Shown piece after piece: positions 21,563 to 31,244 of a stretch of DNA of 64,000 nt. The notes below the pieces were generated by a model. That model was not told the DNA's origin. It saw nothing but the letters and a program-made list of their open reading frames with translations, and made no database searches. Numbering within the stretch: position 1 is the stretch's first letter; each line of letters begins with the position of its first letter. The stretch is from a virus, in IMG/VR virus record IMGVR_UViG_3300032665_000006, positions 32,001-96,000 of that record; one strand, 5' to 3'. Position numbers and translations under genes: made by a program.

Positions 21563-22510
21563 ATGACGTATACAAGCGGCGGCTTAATTCAAGCATCAGA
21601 TTTTAATGGCTTTAGTACCGGTGTTAATGCCGTATGGAATACTTTGTATGGCCAAACAGCAGTAACTACTGTTTCGACAGCCGGCACAGTTACAGCTACT
21701 CAATGGGCTTCTTTGAATTCTACAATTAGTTCAGAAGCAAGTCATCAAGGTACATCAATTACATCAAGAACTAATCCTACAGCAGGTCAAGTTATTTCTG
21801 TATTATCAAATGTACAAACAGATATTAATAATTGTACAACAAATCAGTATAATGCGTCCACACAAGGTAGTCAATATACAGGTTGGACAGGTAATTCTAG
21901 TTTAACAAGTGGTAAAGGATCTGGTTCAGCAGCTTGGACAGCAACATTTACAGATACAATTACATTTAGTAGTGGGGCAGCGGCAAGTTATTTCTTTAAT
22001 GCTGGCGCTACTGTTAAAATTCAATTTAGTAAAACATCTACTGGTACAGTAGCAGACACAGAATGGAACAATTTCGTTAATACTGTTTGCGGCACAATTT
22101 ACTTGTCAAGTACAGGCGCAGCTAAAACAATTAATGGTGTAACATATACAGGAACTACAAAAATTGGTGGAACCGGAACTCCGTCTATTTTAACTACTGG
22201 TACAGGATTTGCTCAATTAACATCAACGCCGGTTGTAATTTACAAGCAATTTGATAGCGGTACAGCTTATTCAAGTAACTATGTTCAAGTTACTGCGGCA
22301 TTTAGTGGATCATCGTTAACATTAGTAACAACATGGTACGATAATGGTGATACCAATCCAGGTTCAACAGCACAAATTAGTGGCGGCACAGCAACAACTG
22401 GTATTACTTTTGGTACAGCAGGAGCAACAGTAGTAACATATTTCCCACCAGAAACAACTTATTTGACAAATACTTGGGGTACTCCATCAGTAGCTTCTAC
22501 CGCAGCATAA
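21563..22510 (+). CDS. Thr/Ser/Gly-rich virion structural protein (315 aa)
   Basis: Last gene of the structural operon before a terminator; fibre-like low-charge composition. Confidence 0.55.
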   Translation: MTYTSGGLIQASDFNGFSTGVNAVWNTLYGQTAVTTVSTAGTVTATQWASLNSTISSEASHQGTSITSRTNPTAGQVISVLSNVQTDINNCTTNQYNASTQGSQYTGWTGNSSLTSGKGSGSAAWTATFTDTITFSSGAAASYFFNAGATVKIQFSKTSTGTVADTEWNNFVNTVCGTIYLSSTGAAKTINGVTYTGTTKIGGTGTPSILTTGTGFAQLTSTPVVIYKQFDSGTAYSSNYVQVTAAFSGSSLTLVTTWYDNGDTNPGSTAQISGGTATTGITFGTAGATVVTYFPPETTYLTNTWGTPSVASTAA

Positions 22511-22540
22511 TGTTCGCCTAACGGCACTTTTAGTTTTACC

Positions 22541-22560
22541 AAAGGGACTTCGGTCCCTTT
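22541..22560 (+). terminator. Intrinsic terminator hairpin with UUCG loop
   Basis: AAAGGGAC-TTCG-GTCCCTTT followed by ACTTTT, at the end of the structural operon. Confidence 0.8.
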
Positions 22561-22586
22561 ACTTTTACACCTTTCTGTAGTATAAT
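22558..22586 (+). promoter_or_regulatory. Sigma70-like promoter TTTACT-17-TATAAT
   Basis: -35 at 22558-22563, -10 at 22581-22586, ATG at 22593. Confidence 0.6.
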
Positions 22587-22592
22587 AACTGT

Positions 22593-22901
22593 ATGGATAC
22601 TGACAAATTAGTTGCTCACGGCCGTAGCCGTTTTGAACACGAAGCGGCCAAACGAACTCTCAAAGAAAAATATCAAGGTAAATTGATATTTGCTTATAAT
22701 GGCGGAATGTTTAAAGCTAGTCCCGAATTGATTGTATTTTTAAAATCTTGCGAAACAGAAATCGAAGTAGTGTTACTTGATTTATATGATAATCCAATCA
22801 AAGTTAATGTTCACGCATTAAAAATGCTGGCACAACAACGATATCGAGAACAAATGGATGCTTGGTTATTAGAGTACAACGAACTTAATAAAAATAGATG
22901 A
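22593..22901 (+). CDS. Hypothetical protein (102 aa)
   Basis: ORF after a promoter; ATGA overlap with the next gene. Confidence 0.6.
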   Translation: MDTDKLVAHGRSRFEHEAAKRTLKEKYQGKLIFAYNGGMFKASPELIVFLKSCETEIEVVLLDLYDNPIKVNVHALKMLAQQRYREQMDAWLLEYNELNKNR

Positions 22902-23692
22902 CAACCGGCGTATTAATTTTTGCTTTTAATAATGAACATATAGATTATCTAGCTATGGCTAATTGGTCAGCAAAAAATATACGCAGACATTTAAATTTGC
23001 CAGTTGCGGTAGTGACTAATCAATTAGTTCCTAATAATTATTTCTTCGAACAAGTAATACAAGCTGCGCCCGAGGGTAACCATTCAAGAAAGTTTGATGA
23101 TCAAGAAGAAAATGTAACTTGGTATAATGGTAATCGAGCTGATGCTTATAATTTGTCGCCATGGTCGCAAACATTAGTATTAGATGCTGACTATGTAGTG
23201 GCAAGCGATGAATTAAAAAAAGTAATAGCAATGCCAGAAAACTTTATAGCGCACAAAACAGCATATGATATAGTTGACCAAGATAATTTTAGTGAACTTA
23301 ACAACTTCGGTAATTTTAATATGCCTATGTGGTGGGCGACAATAATGATGTTTCGTAGGTCTGCTGAAGCAAAAATGATTTTTGACTGTATGACTATGAT
23401 AAAAAATAATTGGCAACACTATAGAAATTTATATGGTATTGCTCGTTCAACATATCGTAATGATTTTGCGTTAAGCATTGCCTTAGGTATAGTAAATGGG
23501 CATACCCTTAATCATACAGATATTCCGTGGGGACTTGCGTCAGTAACTCCGGCACACAAATTAACACAATTAGAACAAGACAAATATCGTGTAGATTTTT
23601 TAACTAGTGATCAAAAACCACGCTATATAACTTTGTCACAGGACTTTCATGCTATGGGTAAAAAACATTTAGGAGACATTGTTGCTAGTTGA
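22898..23692 (+). CDS. GT-A fold glycosyltransferase-like protein
   Basis: GVLIFA start, 'SPWSQTLVLDADY' DxD motif, 'RNDFALSIA' and a C-terminal His. Confidence 0.6.
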   Translation: MTTGVLIFAFNNEHIDYLAMANWSAKNIRRHLNLPVAVVTNQLVPNNYFFEQVIQAAPEGNHSRKFDDQEENVTWYNGNRADAYNLSPWSQTLVLDADYVVASDELKKVIAMPENFIAHKTAYDIVDQDNFSELNNFGNFNMPMWWATIMMFRRSAEAKMIFDCMTMIKNNWQHYRNLYGIARSTYRNDFALSIALGIVNGHTLNHTDIPWGLASVTPAHKLTQLEQDKYRVDFLTSDQKPRYITLSQDFHAMGKKHLGDIVAS

Positions 23693-24401
23693 ACAAGGAT
23701 ATTTAATTCCGGCGATAGGCGAGGTATATGTTAAATGCGCCAATAAATTAAAGGATAGTATTTTACAGTGGCATCCCGATGTTAATATTACAATATTAAC
23801 AGAAGATATGTTACCGCATGGCAATCTTGGTGGCTTTGCCAATGACTGGCAATGTTACCAAGCAAGCCCGTATAAAAAAACAATTAAGTTGGAAGCAGAT
23901 ATGTGGTGCGCCAGCCCAATCGATCATTGGTGGGACTTGTTTGCTAATCGTGATGTGGTTATTAGTCAAGGTTGTAGAGATTTTTATGATCAACCTGGCA
24001 AGGCAAGAACATATCGTAAAATATTCGATAATAACAATTTGCCTGATGTGTATAATGCTATTACATATTGGGAAGTTAGTGACACAGCTGAAGAATTTTT
24101 TAGATTAGTGCGTGATATGTTTGAACATTGGGAAAGTTATAAACCTTTATTAAAATTTCCCGACGAAATACCTACCACTGATGTAGTATATGGAATGGCA
24201 GCCATTCTAATAGGGCCAGAGAATGTAACTTTACCTTCTGGTCCTACTATCGTTCATATGAAAAAACATATGATACCCATTGTATCAAATGATTGGAGTA
24301 AAGAGTTAATATTAGAACACACTAATCCAGGAGTTAGGATTAATACAGTAGCACAATGGGGTTTTGTACATTATCACATAAAGGATGTTGAAAATGAGTA
24401 A
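23679..24401 (+). CDS. GT-A fold glycosyltransferase-like protein, paralog of the upstream gene
   Basis: 'SPYKKTIKLEADM' (ExD variant), 'TTDVVYGMA', C-terminal HYH. Confidence 0.55.
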   Translation: MLLVEQGYLIPAIGEVYVKCANKLKDSILQWHPDVNITILTEDMLPHGNLGGFANDWQCYQASPYKKTIKLEADMWCASPIDHWWDLFANRDVVISQGCRDFYDQPGKARTYRKIFDNNNLPDVYNAITYWEVSDTAEEFFRLVRDMFEHWESYKPLLKFPDEIPTTDVVYGMAAILIGPENVTLPSGPTIVHMKKHMIPIVSNDWSKELILEHTNPGVRINTVAQWGFVHYHIKDVENE

Positions 24402-24654
24402 AGACGAAGATAAATTTAAGCATAGCAAGCGTTTACAAAAAGTATGGAACGCAATTAGGAAACAATTAAAGATTGCTAAAGCGCACGGTAATCCCATCGA
24501 CGAACCGCACCGTTACGCTAAACATCATGCCATGGACTGTGGCCAGCCTGATTGTAATATGTGTCGCAATCCGCGATATAACGAAACAGTTAAAGGTAAA
24601 GATAAATTGACGGTACAAGAGCGCCGTAATAATCAAAAGAGTAACGATGACTGA
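24394..24654 (+). CDS. Small basic protein with a putative Zn-binding motif
   Basis: HHAMDCGQPDCNMCRNPR. ATG at 24394 is preferred over the track's TTG start. Confidence 0.55.
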   Translation: MSKDEDKFKHSKRLQKVWNAIRKQLKIAKAHGNPIDEPHRYAKHHAMDCGQPDCNMCRNPRYNETVKGKDKLTVQERRNNQKSNDD

Positions 24655-24964
24655 AGACGAATTCTTTGCCGCGTTGGAGCCCGTCTCCCCAGTTGTTAAA
24701 ATACACAGGTTGTACTACGACGAGCAAGGAGCGCCATTATTTTTTAGTCAAGAAGATTTGCCTGGGAAATATATAGATATACCATGGGAAGTATATATTA
24801 ATCCACCTAAGCATTTTAAGGTAATTAATAACAGTATTGTACTTCTTGATACAGCAATAGTTAAAAAATTGTATCCTACCAAAGGCGGCACACCGTGTCA
24901 TCCGCAGGATATTAGTATTGTAGTTAAGAATACAGAACCAAATATTAAATGGAGTTTTCGTTGA
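24647..24964 (+). CDS. Hypothetical protein (105 aa)
   Basis: Overlap-coupled ORF within the GT operon. Confidence 0.55.
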   Translation: MTEDEFFAALEPVSPVVKIHRLYYDEQGAPLFFSQEDLPGKYIDIPWEVYINPPKHFKVINNSIVLLDTAIVKKLYPTKGGTPCHPQDISIVVKNTEPNIKWSFR

Positions 24965-25887
24965 ATCATATTGACATAGCAGAATTAGATTGTGTATATC
25001 TAAGTTACGATGAACCTAATAAAGAAGAAAATTGGGTAAAAATTAAAAATATGGTACCATGGGCTATGAGAGTAGATGGTATCAAAGGATCAGACGCCGC
25101 ACATAAGGCCGCGGCTGATGTCAGTCTTACGGATCGATTTATTTTAATTGACGGTGATAATATTCCCGATGATAACTTTTTTGATCTTTCTTTACGATTG
25201 GAAGAACGAGACGAAAATTGTGTATTTCGTTGGAGAGCCCGTAATCACATTAATGGACTTATGTATGGCAACGGTGGATTAAGTTGCTGGACTAAAGATT
25301 TTATTTACAATATGCGTACACACGAAGCAAGCGATGGCACAGCAGAAAATGATGTGGAGTTTTGTTTTTATCCTAATTATATTGCTATGTACGATTGTTA
25401 TAGTACAACATATCCCAACGCTACACCTTTCCAAGCATGGCGAGCAGGATTCCGCGAAGGCGTTAAGATGTGTCTTGACCGTGGCAGTAAACCTAATATT
25501 ACAGAATTTAAACAAAGAGTTAACAATCGTAATTTAGATCATTTAACAATATGGCAAAATGTTGGCAGAGATGTAGAAAATGGAATATGGTCTATACTTG
25601 GTGCTAGAATGGGTACCTATATGTTAATGATTAATCCTACTTGGGATTATAAAGAAGTTCAAAACTTTGATGCTCTTAAAGCAATATACGAAACTATCAA
25701 CGGGCATGATCCAGAACAAATCGCGGCAAGATTAGCGCCAGATTTAATGAATCAATTAGATTTGCCTATTGCTATGCTAGACGAAAATGCTAGTAAATTC
25801 TTTAAAAGTCACTATCGCAGTGACTGGCACAACAAAGGAATTATGGTTCGCGAGTTAGATGTTATTCGTAAACTCGAGGGGTGGTAA
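24949..25887 (+). CDS. GT-A-like glycosyltransferase/nucleotidyl-sugar enzyme (312 aa)
   Basis: 'LSYDEPN...RVDGIKGSDAAHKAAA...FILIDGDN' DxD motif; 'AWRAGFRE' shared with the paralogous domain at 47349-48060. Confidence 0.55.
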   Translation: MEFSLNHIDIAELDCVYLSYDEPNKEENWVKIKNMVPWAMRVDGIKGSDAAHKAAADVSLTDRFILIDGDNIPDDNFFDLSLRLEERDENCVFRWRARNHINGLMYGNGGLSCWTKDFIYNMRTHEASDGTAENDVEFCFYPNYIAMYDCYSTTYPNATPFQAWRAGFREGVKMCLDRGSKPNITEFKQRVNNRNLDHLTIWQNVGRDVENGIWSILGARMGTYMLMINPTWDYKEVQNFDALKAIYETINGHDPEQIAARLAPDLMNQLDLPIAMLDENASKFFKSHYRSDWHNKGIMVRELDVIRKLEGW

Positions 25888-26430
25888 TCATTTAATACCG
25901 ATTACCATGTATCTAGTAAACTTCCATTCAGGATATACAAATCGTAACTCGCCTTGATACATAATTTCTGAAAGTGGATAGTGTGCGACAAAATCATCGA
26001 TAGTAGCAGAGTGTACCACATGATCATCGTGCGGCATATTGTTGCCTTGTAATATAACTCTTGTGCCGTTTGGAATATTGTTAAACCAATCCATAGTTTC
26101 AAAATGTTCAGTACTAGTGTTAATGATTAAATCTGGATTACCAGGTAATACTTGATTACAGTCTCCGGTTTGGGCTTTAAACTGCCATTCTTTAATTACC
26201 CAATTTTCGTTAATCATATCAGCAATAGATTCGCAAGTAGGATCTAAATCATAACTTTCAATACGGTCCACTCTAAAGTTTTGTCTGCTTAATAATAAAA
26301 ACCCAAGTATACCGTACCAACCGCCGTATACGCGAGTTAGTTTACTATGCCATCCGATAGATTCTAATTCCTGGCATAGCCAAAGTTTACTATCAACTTG
26401 TCCATTCGAAAAAGCATCTTTGTTAATCAT
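25888..26430 (-). CDS. Class I SAM-dependent methyltransferase-like protein
   Basis: Gly-rich motif I VYGGWYG, acidic SYDLD after strand 2, 'DLIINTSTEH'. Confidence 0.6.
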   Translation of the reverse strand: MINKDAFSNGQVDSKLWLCQELESIGWHSKLTRVYGGWYGILGFLLLSRQNFRVDRIESYDLDPTCESIADMINENWVIKEWQFKAQTGDCNQVLPGNPDLIINTSTEHFETMDWFNNIPNGTRVILQGNNMPHDDHVVHSATIDDFVAHYPLSEIMYQGELRFVYPEWKFTRYMVIGIK

Positions 26431-27560
26431 ATGTTTTCCTGTTTTGGAAGCATTGATGCTAAATTACCTAACCATAACCATGGATGTCTAAAAATAGGAT
26501 CTTTCAATATATCTAATAACTCTTGATGATGCGGATGATCCACTTGCCATACAGCCATAGATTTAAATTGTTCGTCGGTCATATGACCCCATTGTGCTAT
26601 ACAAGTAATGTTTATTTCGTGTTTAGATTTATATGATGTTTCGTATTCGACAAATTGTTTTAGTTCTTTAAAGTTATCTTCTTGAACTATAAAATTATTT
26701 TGCCAATGGATTAAATTAGGAAATTTTTTATTGAATACTAACTCATCAAGGTCTTCTAAATTTTTTATTAATTTTTTAAAAATACCATTTTTTCTTACTT
26801 TGCTGTATGTTTCTTCTGTAGCAGCATCTATGCTAACATCTAGATAAGAAATATGTTTTAACAACGGTTCTATTTCCATCCATCTTTCTTTGGTCATTAG
26901 TAAGCCGTTGGTTTTTAAGTTTATTCTAAGATTTTCTGGAATAGGATTATTTGCTAATTCGCAAAGATAATCCCAATAAAATACACTTGCGAACGCATCT
27001 CCTGATGAAGTTATGCCTATAGTAACTAGCTGATCATGATGTATTTCAAGTAATCTATTAACTAATGCTTTTGTTTTTTCATGAATCGTACCGATACGAT
27101 TACTTTCGTATGTATTATCTTTTGGATTCCAATATATAAACTCATTACGACAGCTAGGACATTGTAAATTACAGCTTTGGTCATAATTTAACCCAATATG
27201 TACTAATGTAGATTGTTTGAGTCTTGTTTCTAATTCGTTGCTGGGCACAATCCAATGATTTCGTTTGACACCAGATGTTAGTATTAAATTTAATTCAGGA
27301 CATTGGTCATTACAATAATCAAACTTGCTTTGCTTCATGCCTTCTTGTATTTTCAATCTTGTGGGATTGTTAATAATTTCATCAGCAGAATCAGTAAGAA
27401 CATTGCCAACAATTTCGGGTAACCAAGTACAACAACAAGCACTTACATCACCGTTTCCTAAAATATCATAAAATCCAAAAGGTGTTTTACAAGATAGATT
27501 AGCAAGTTTGGTACTAACATCTCGATAAAAACTTACAGGTTTGATTACAAAATTTACCAT
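26427..27560 (-). CDS. Radical SAM protein with N-terminal Cys-rich SPASM/twitch-like domain
   Basis: CNLQCPSC (CxxxCxxC), SSGD, TNG and SIDA motifs; N-terminal C...GDVSACCC...C..C. Start uncertain (27560/27569/27581). Confidence 0.8.
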   Translation of the reverse strand: MVNFVIKPVSFYRDVSTKLANLSCKTPFGFYDILGNGDVSACCCTWLPEIVGNVLTDSADEIINNPTRLKIQEGMKQSKFDYCNDQCPELNLILTSGVKRNHWIVPSNELETRLKQSTLVHIGLNYDQSCNLQCPSCRNEFIYWNPKDNTYESNRIGTIHEKTKALVNRLLEIHHDQLVTIGITSSGDAFASVFYWDYLCELANNPIPENLRINLKTNGLLMTKERWMEIEPLLKHISYLDVSIDAATEETYSKVRKNGIFKKLIKNLEDLDELVFNKKFPNLIHWQNNFIVQEDNFKELKQFVEYETSYKSKHEINITCIAQWGHMTDEQFKSMAVWQVDHPHHQELLDILKDPIFRHPWLWLGNLASMLPKQENI

Positions 27561-27661
27561 TAGATACATACTTATTAGCATAAATAAGTGTTCAAATAAA
27601 AGTTTATTTGTTTACTCCCCCATCCGTAGTACAATAAATATCATCTCCCCTTAGGACTCTC

Positions 27662-28618
27662 ATGAAGAAAAAATATTATAAATTAGTTCACGCTAAAGAA
27701 ACGAATACTGATTGGTTTGTAGTTAATTGGTGTTTGGGCAATACTTGTAATTTTAGTTGTAGCTACTGTCCAGAAAATTTACATAATGGAACAAATCCAT
27801 GGCCTACTCCGGATACTATCAAAAATTTTATTTCAAAAGTTAAAGCAACACACCCTAACAAAAAATTATATTTTGAATTTACTGGCGGTGAAGTTACATT
27901 GTATAAACATTTTATCGAGATTTGCCAATATTGTACAGAGCAAGGTGTTAAAGTAGGATTAATCTCTAATGGATCAAGAACATTGCGTTATTGGAAAGAA
28001 AACAAACAATATTTTGATCATATATGTTTAAGTTTTCACCCAGAATTCGGCGATGCTGATCACTTTATCGAAGTGGTTAAGGAATTAAATAATGATGTAA
28101 GAACTCATGTTAATATTATGATGAGTCCAGAAAAGTTTGACTATTGCTATGATATAGCGGACAAGATAAAAGATCTTGGAAATATTTCAATGGCGCTTCA
28201 GCCATTAATACATGACTTTGGCGAAGTATTATATGATTATACTCCTGAACAAAAACAAATTATCGATAATCAACATGAATTAATTAGCAAATATATAAAA
28301 TTTACTAAAGAGTTTGAATACTATCGCGGCGCTATGAAAATGTTATATGCCAATGATACTTCTTTGGCAGTTAGTGCTCATCGTTTTATTAATGAAAAAG
28401 CTAATGATTGGTCTGGGTGGGATTGTTATGCGGGAGTAGAACAGTTAATCGTGGATCAACGAGGGGCTATATTCCGTGGGTGGTGTAAAGAAGGCGACTT
28501 GGTAGGCAACATTGCTGATCCAAATTTAAATTTACCCACAGATCCGGTGCGTTGTACTAAATCAATGTGCCATTGTAATTTTGATATCATGAGCACAAAG
28601 GAATATCCAGGTGAGTAA
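27662..28618 (+). CDS. Radical SAM protein with C-terminal Cys cluster
   Basis: CNFSCSYC, TGGE, SNG; C-terminal CYAG...WC...CTKSMCHC. Confidence 0.85.
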   Translation: MKKKYYKLVHAKETNTDWFVVNWCLGNTCNFSCSYCPENLHNGTNPWPTPDTIKNFISKVKATHPNKKLYFEFTGGEVTLYKHFIEICQYCTEQGVKVGLISNGSRTLRYWKENKQYFDHICLSFHPEFGDADHFIEVVKELNNDVRTHVNIMMSPEKFDYCYDIADKIKDLGNISMALQPLIHDFGEVLYDYTPEQKQIIDNQHELISKYIKFTKEFEYYRGAMKMLYANDTSLAVSAHRFINEKANDWSGWDCYAGVEQLIVDQRGAIFRGWCKEGDLVGNIADPNLNLPTDPVRCTKSMCHCNFDIMSTKEYPGE

Positions 28619-29921
28619 AGATACTATATGTACTATCCCTTGGAATCATCTTGCTATTTTACAGAATGGTGATTATGGAATTTGTTGTCAGTGCGTGTAT
28701 AGTGCCGCTGGTCGATTAATTACCGATGGTGTGTCAGAAAATGTGTTAACAAAAGATATTGAAGAAGTTAGAAATCATCCAATGTATGTTGACCTTAGGC
28801 GTAGTATGATGGCCGGGGAAAAACATCCTTTATGTAAATTATGTTGGGATGAAGAAGAACTAGGTATCCTTTCAAAAAGACAAAATCAACAAAAAATTTA
28901 CGGTAATACCTTAGAACAAATTGTTAACTCTGAAGATAAAAGTGGAGTAATTGATACTAAAGAATATCCATTGAACTATTTAGATTTAAGATTGGGAAAT
29001 CTTTGTAATTTAAAGTGTCGTAGTTGCGGTCCAGCAGATAGTTCATTGTGGATCGAGGATATGTATGACGCTGGTATTACTGAATTCCGTGTACAAAACA
29101 TATCTAAATCATACGAAATTGAAAAAAAGAATAATGTATACAAAATTAAAAGTGATGATTTTCAATATTATGCTAGTGAACAATTTGGCAAAAATTTAGA
29201 AGAAACATTGTCTACTATTGATAGAATTTATTTTACGGGCGGCGACCCTTTGCTTAATAAAAAACATTATGAAATATTAGACTATTGTATTGAACACGAT
29301 TACGCAAAAAATATTACACTTGAATACAATACTAACGGAACAACTCTTAACAAAAATTTGTTGGAGCAATGGCGACATTTTGCCCATGTAATAGTTTGTT
29401 TTAGTATTGATGGTATAGGTGATATGGCGCATTATGTTCGCTATCCATCAGACTGGGAAGTTATCGAAGCAAATATAAAAGAGTTAGATAGTTCAGATTT
29501 AACAAATGTACTGTGTACAACTAATTTTACTGTAAGCATATTGAATGTAAAACATTTTTTAGAAACATTAGATTGGTTTTATGCTCAACCCTTTCAAAAA
29601 TTTGGCGGAAGAAATCGAAGACTATACTGGCATCGTTTAGTTGGACCGCCCTGGTTTAATTTACAAGTGTTACCGCAAGAAACAAAACAAGAAATTACAG
29701 CTCTGTATCAAAAATACATGGATGAATCTCCGAGATCATTTATTAAGAGCTATATTGGTCCTATTGTAGATTTTATGAACGCTGGCGATATGAGTCAATA
29801 TTTGCCAGATACAAAAAGAGTTATCGAAGGCATCGACAAGATTAGAAATCAAAAATTAGAAGATTATATTCCTTGGTTATCGGATGTATTGAAAAATGTT
29901 GAAAGCAATGCTAAAAAATGA
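28611..29921 (+). CDS. Radical SAM protein with N-terminal twitch/SPASM-like domain
   Basis: CTIPW...CC...CKLC; CNLKCRSC; TGGDP; TNG; SIDG; VRYP. Confidence 0.85.
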   Translation: MSKDTICTIPWNHLAILQNGDYGICCQCVYSAAGRLITDGVSENVLTKDIEEVRNHPMYVDLRRSMMAGEKHPLCKLCWDEEELGILSKRQNQQKIYGNTLEQIVNSEDKSGVIDTKEYPLNYLDLRLGNLCNLKCRSCGPADSSLWIEDMYDAGITEFRVQNISKSYEIEKKNNVYKIKSDDFQYYASEQFGKNLEETLSTIDRIYFTGGDPLLNKKHYEILDYCIEHDYAKNITLEYNTNGTTLNKNLLEQWRHFAHVIVCFSIDGIGDMAHYVRYPSDWEVIEANIKELDSSDLTNVLCTTNFTVSILNVKHFLETLDWFYAQPFQKFGGRNRRLYWHRLVGPPWFNLQVLPQETKQEITALYQKYMDESPRSFIKSYIGPIVDFMNAGDMSQYLPDTKRVIEGIDKIRNQKLEDYIPWLSDVLKNVESNAKK

Positions 29922-31222
29922 CCGATAAAAAAGTATATAGATTGGAACAAAGTAAGACTTTTTGTATGGCACCTTGGGTACATATTCATAACTTACCAAG
30001 CGGAGAAATTTTACCTTGCTGTATAAACAATCAAACTTTAAAGATTGGTAATTTATACGAGGATTCCGTTGAAACTATCTGGAATAATGATGTTTACAAA
30101 TCTATTCGTACAGATATGTTGGCCGATACACCTATCGCTAGTTGCGAAAGATGTTACAAAGAAGAAGAATGGGGTAATAATCAATCATATAGAAAAGTAT
30201 TCAATAATGAATACGGTAACAGATACGAAGATTTAGTTGAGCAATTAACAACGGAAGATGGCACCGCAACTAAGATGGAATTTAGACGCTGGGACTTTAG
30301 ATTTAGTAATTTGTGTAACTTAGCCTGCACTAGTTGCGGCCCTAACTGTAGTAGTATGTGGGTAGAAATTGTTAATAAAATGGGGTTACCGCATAAAGGT
30401 GATAAATTTCAAACAAGTAGACAAAATCTAGAACTTTTTATCGATACAATAAAAAAGCAAGCTGATATTGTTGATAATGTATATCTAGCTGGCGGCGAAC
30501 CATTAATACAACCGGAACATTACGAAATTTTAAAACATATCGATGAAATTGGAAGATTGGATAAAATTAATTTTACTTATAGTACAAATTTAACATCACT
30601 AACATACAAATCTACTAATGTTATGGACTACTGGAATAAAATGAAATATGTTAAAGTATTAGTAAGTCTTGATGAAGTAGACCCTGATAGATTGTATTAT
30701 ATTAGATATCCATCTAAAGCAAGCGAAATTATAGACAATATTAAAACATTAAACAAAAATTTTACAGGCGATAATCGCAGATGGTCGATTACTCCAACTT
30801 GGAGTATAATGAATATCCATAGAATAAAAGATATTGCTAGATTTTTTAAAGATAATAACTTATTACCGGCAACATTTGCTGATAGCGCAGAGTGGGAAGT
30901 TGATTTACATAACATTCTTCTGCTATATCCAAATCATATGTCTATATCAGCGGCACCTCCAGAATGGAAACAGTATCTTCGAAAACAATTAGATGAATAT
31001 GTACAGTGGTATATAGACGAAATGCTTTCTATGAAAAACTCCCATGTTAAACAACGAGCTACTGATCTATTTTTAAGTAATATTAAAAGATTTTATGGTG
31101 CGCTCGATGATAATATACAAGTTGATCCAAAGATTCATAAAGATTGGTATTCAAGATTAGATAGAGTTAGAAATACTAGTTTTAATGACGCATTTCCTGA
31201 ACTAGCATGGAATTTAGCATAA
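29918..31222 (+). CDS. Radical SAM protein with N-terminal twitch/SPASM-like domain, paralog of the upstream gene
   Basis: CMAPW...PCC...CERC; CNLACTSC; AGGEP; STN; IRYP. Confidence 0.85.
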   Translation: MTDKKVYRLEQSKTFCMAPWVHIHNLPSGEILPCCINNQTLKIGNLYEDSVETIWNNDVYKSIRTDMLADTPIASCERCYKEEEWGNNQSYRKVFNNEYGNRYEDLVEQLTTEDGTATKMEFRRWDFRFSNLCNLACTSCGPNCSSMWVEIVNKMGLPHKGDKFQTSRQNLELFIDTIKKQADIVDNVYLAGGEPLIQPEHYEILKHIDEIGRLDKINFTYSTNLTSLTYKSTNVMDYWNKMKYVKVLVSLDEVDPDRLYYIRYPSKASEIIDNIKTLNKNFTGDNRRWSITPTWSIMNIHRIKDIARFFKDNNLLPATFADSAEWEVDLHNILLLYPNHMSISAAPPEWKQYLRKQLDEYVQWYIDEMLSMKNSHVKQRATDLFLSNIKRFYGALDDNIQVDPKIHKDWYSRLDRVRNTSFNDAFPELAWNLA

Positions 31223-31244
31223 GTATTAATGATAAGGAATTAAT

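Noticed and set aside
1505-21596. Short alternative-frame and antisense ORFs inside structural genes (e.g. 5309-5509, 12656-14003, 20646-21062)
   Set aside because: They are shadow ORFs of long genes, with no SD/promoter support or recognisable motifs. The same applies to similar nested ORFs elsewhere in the track.
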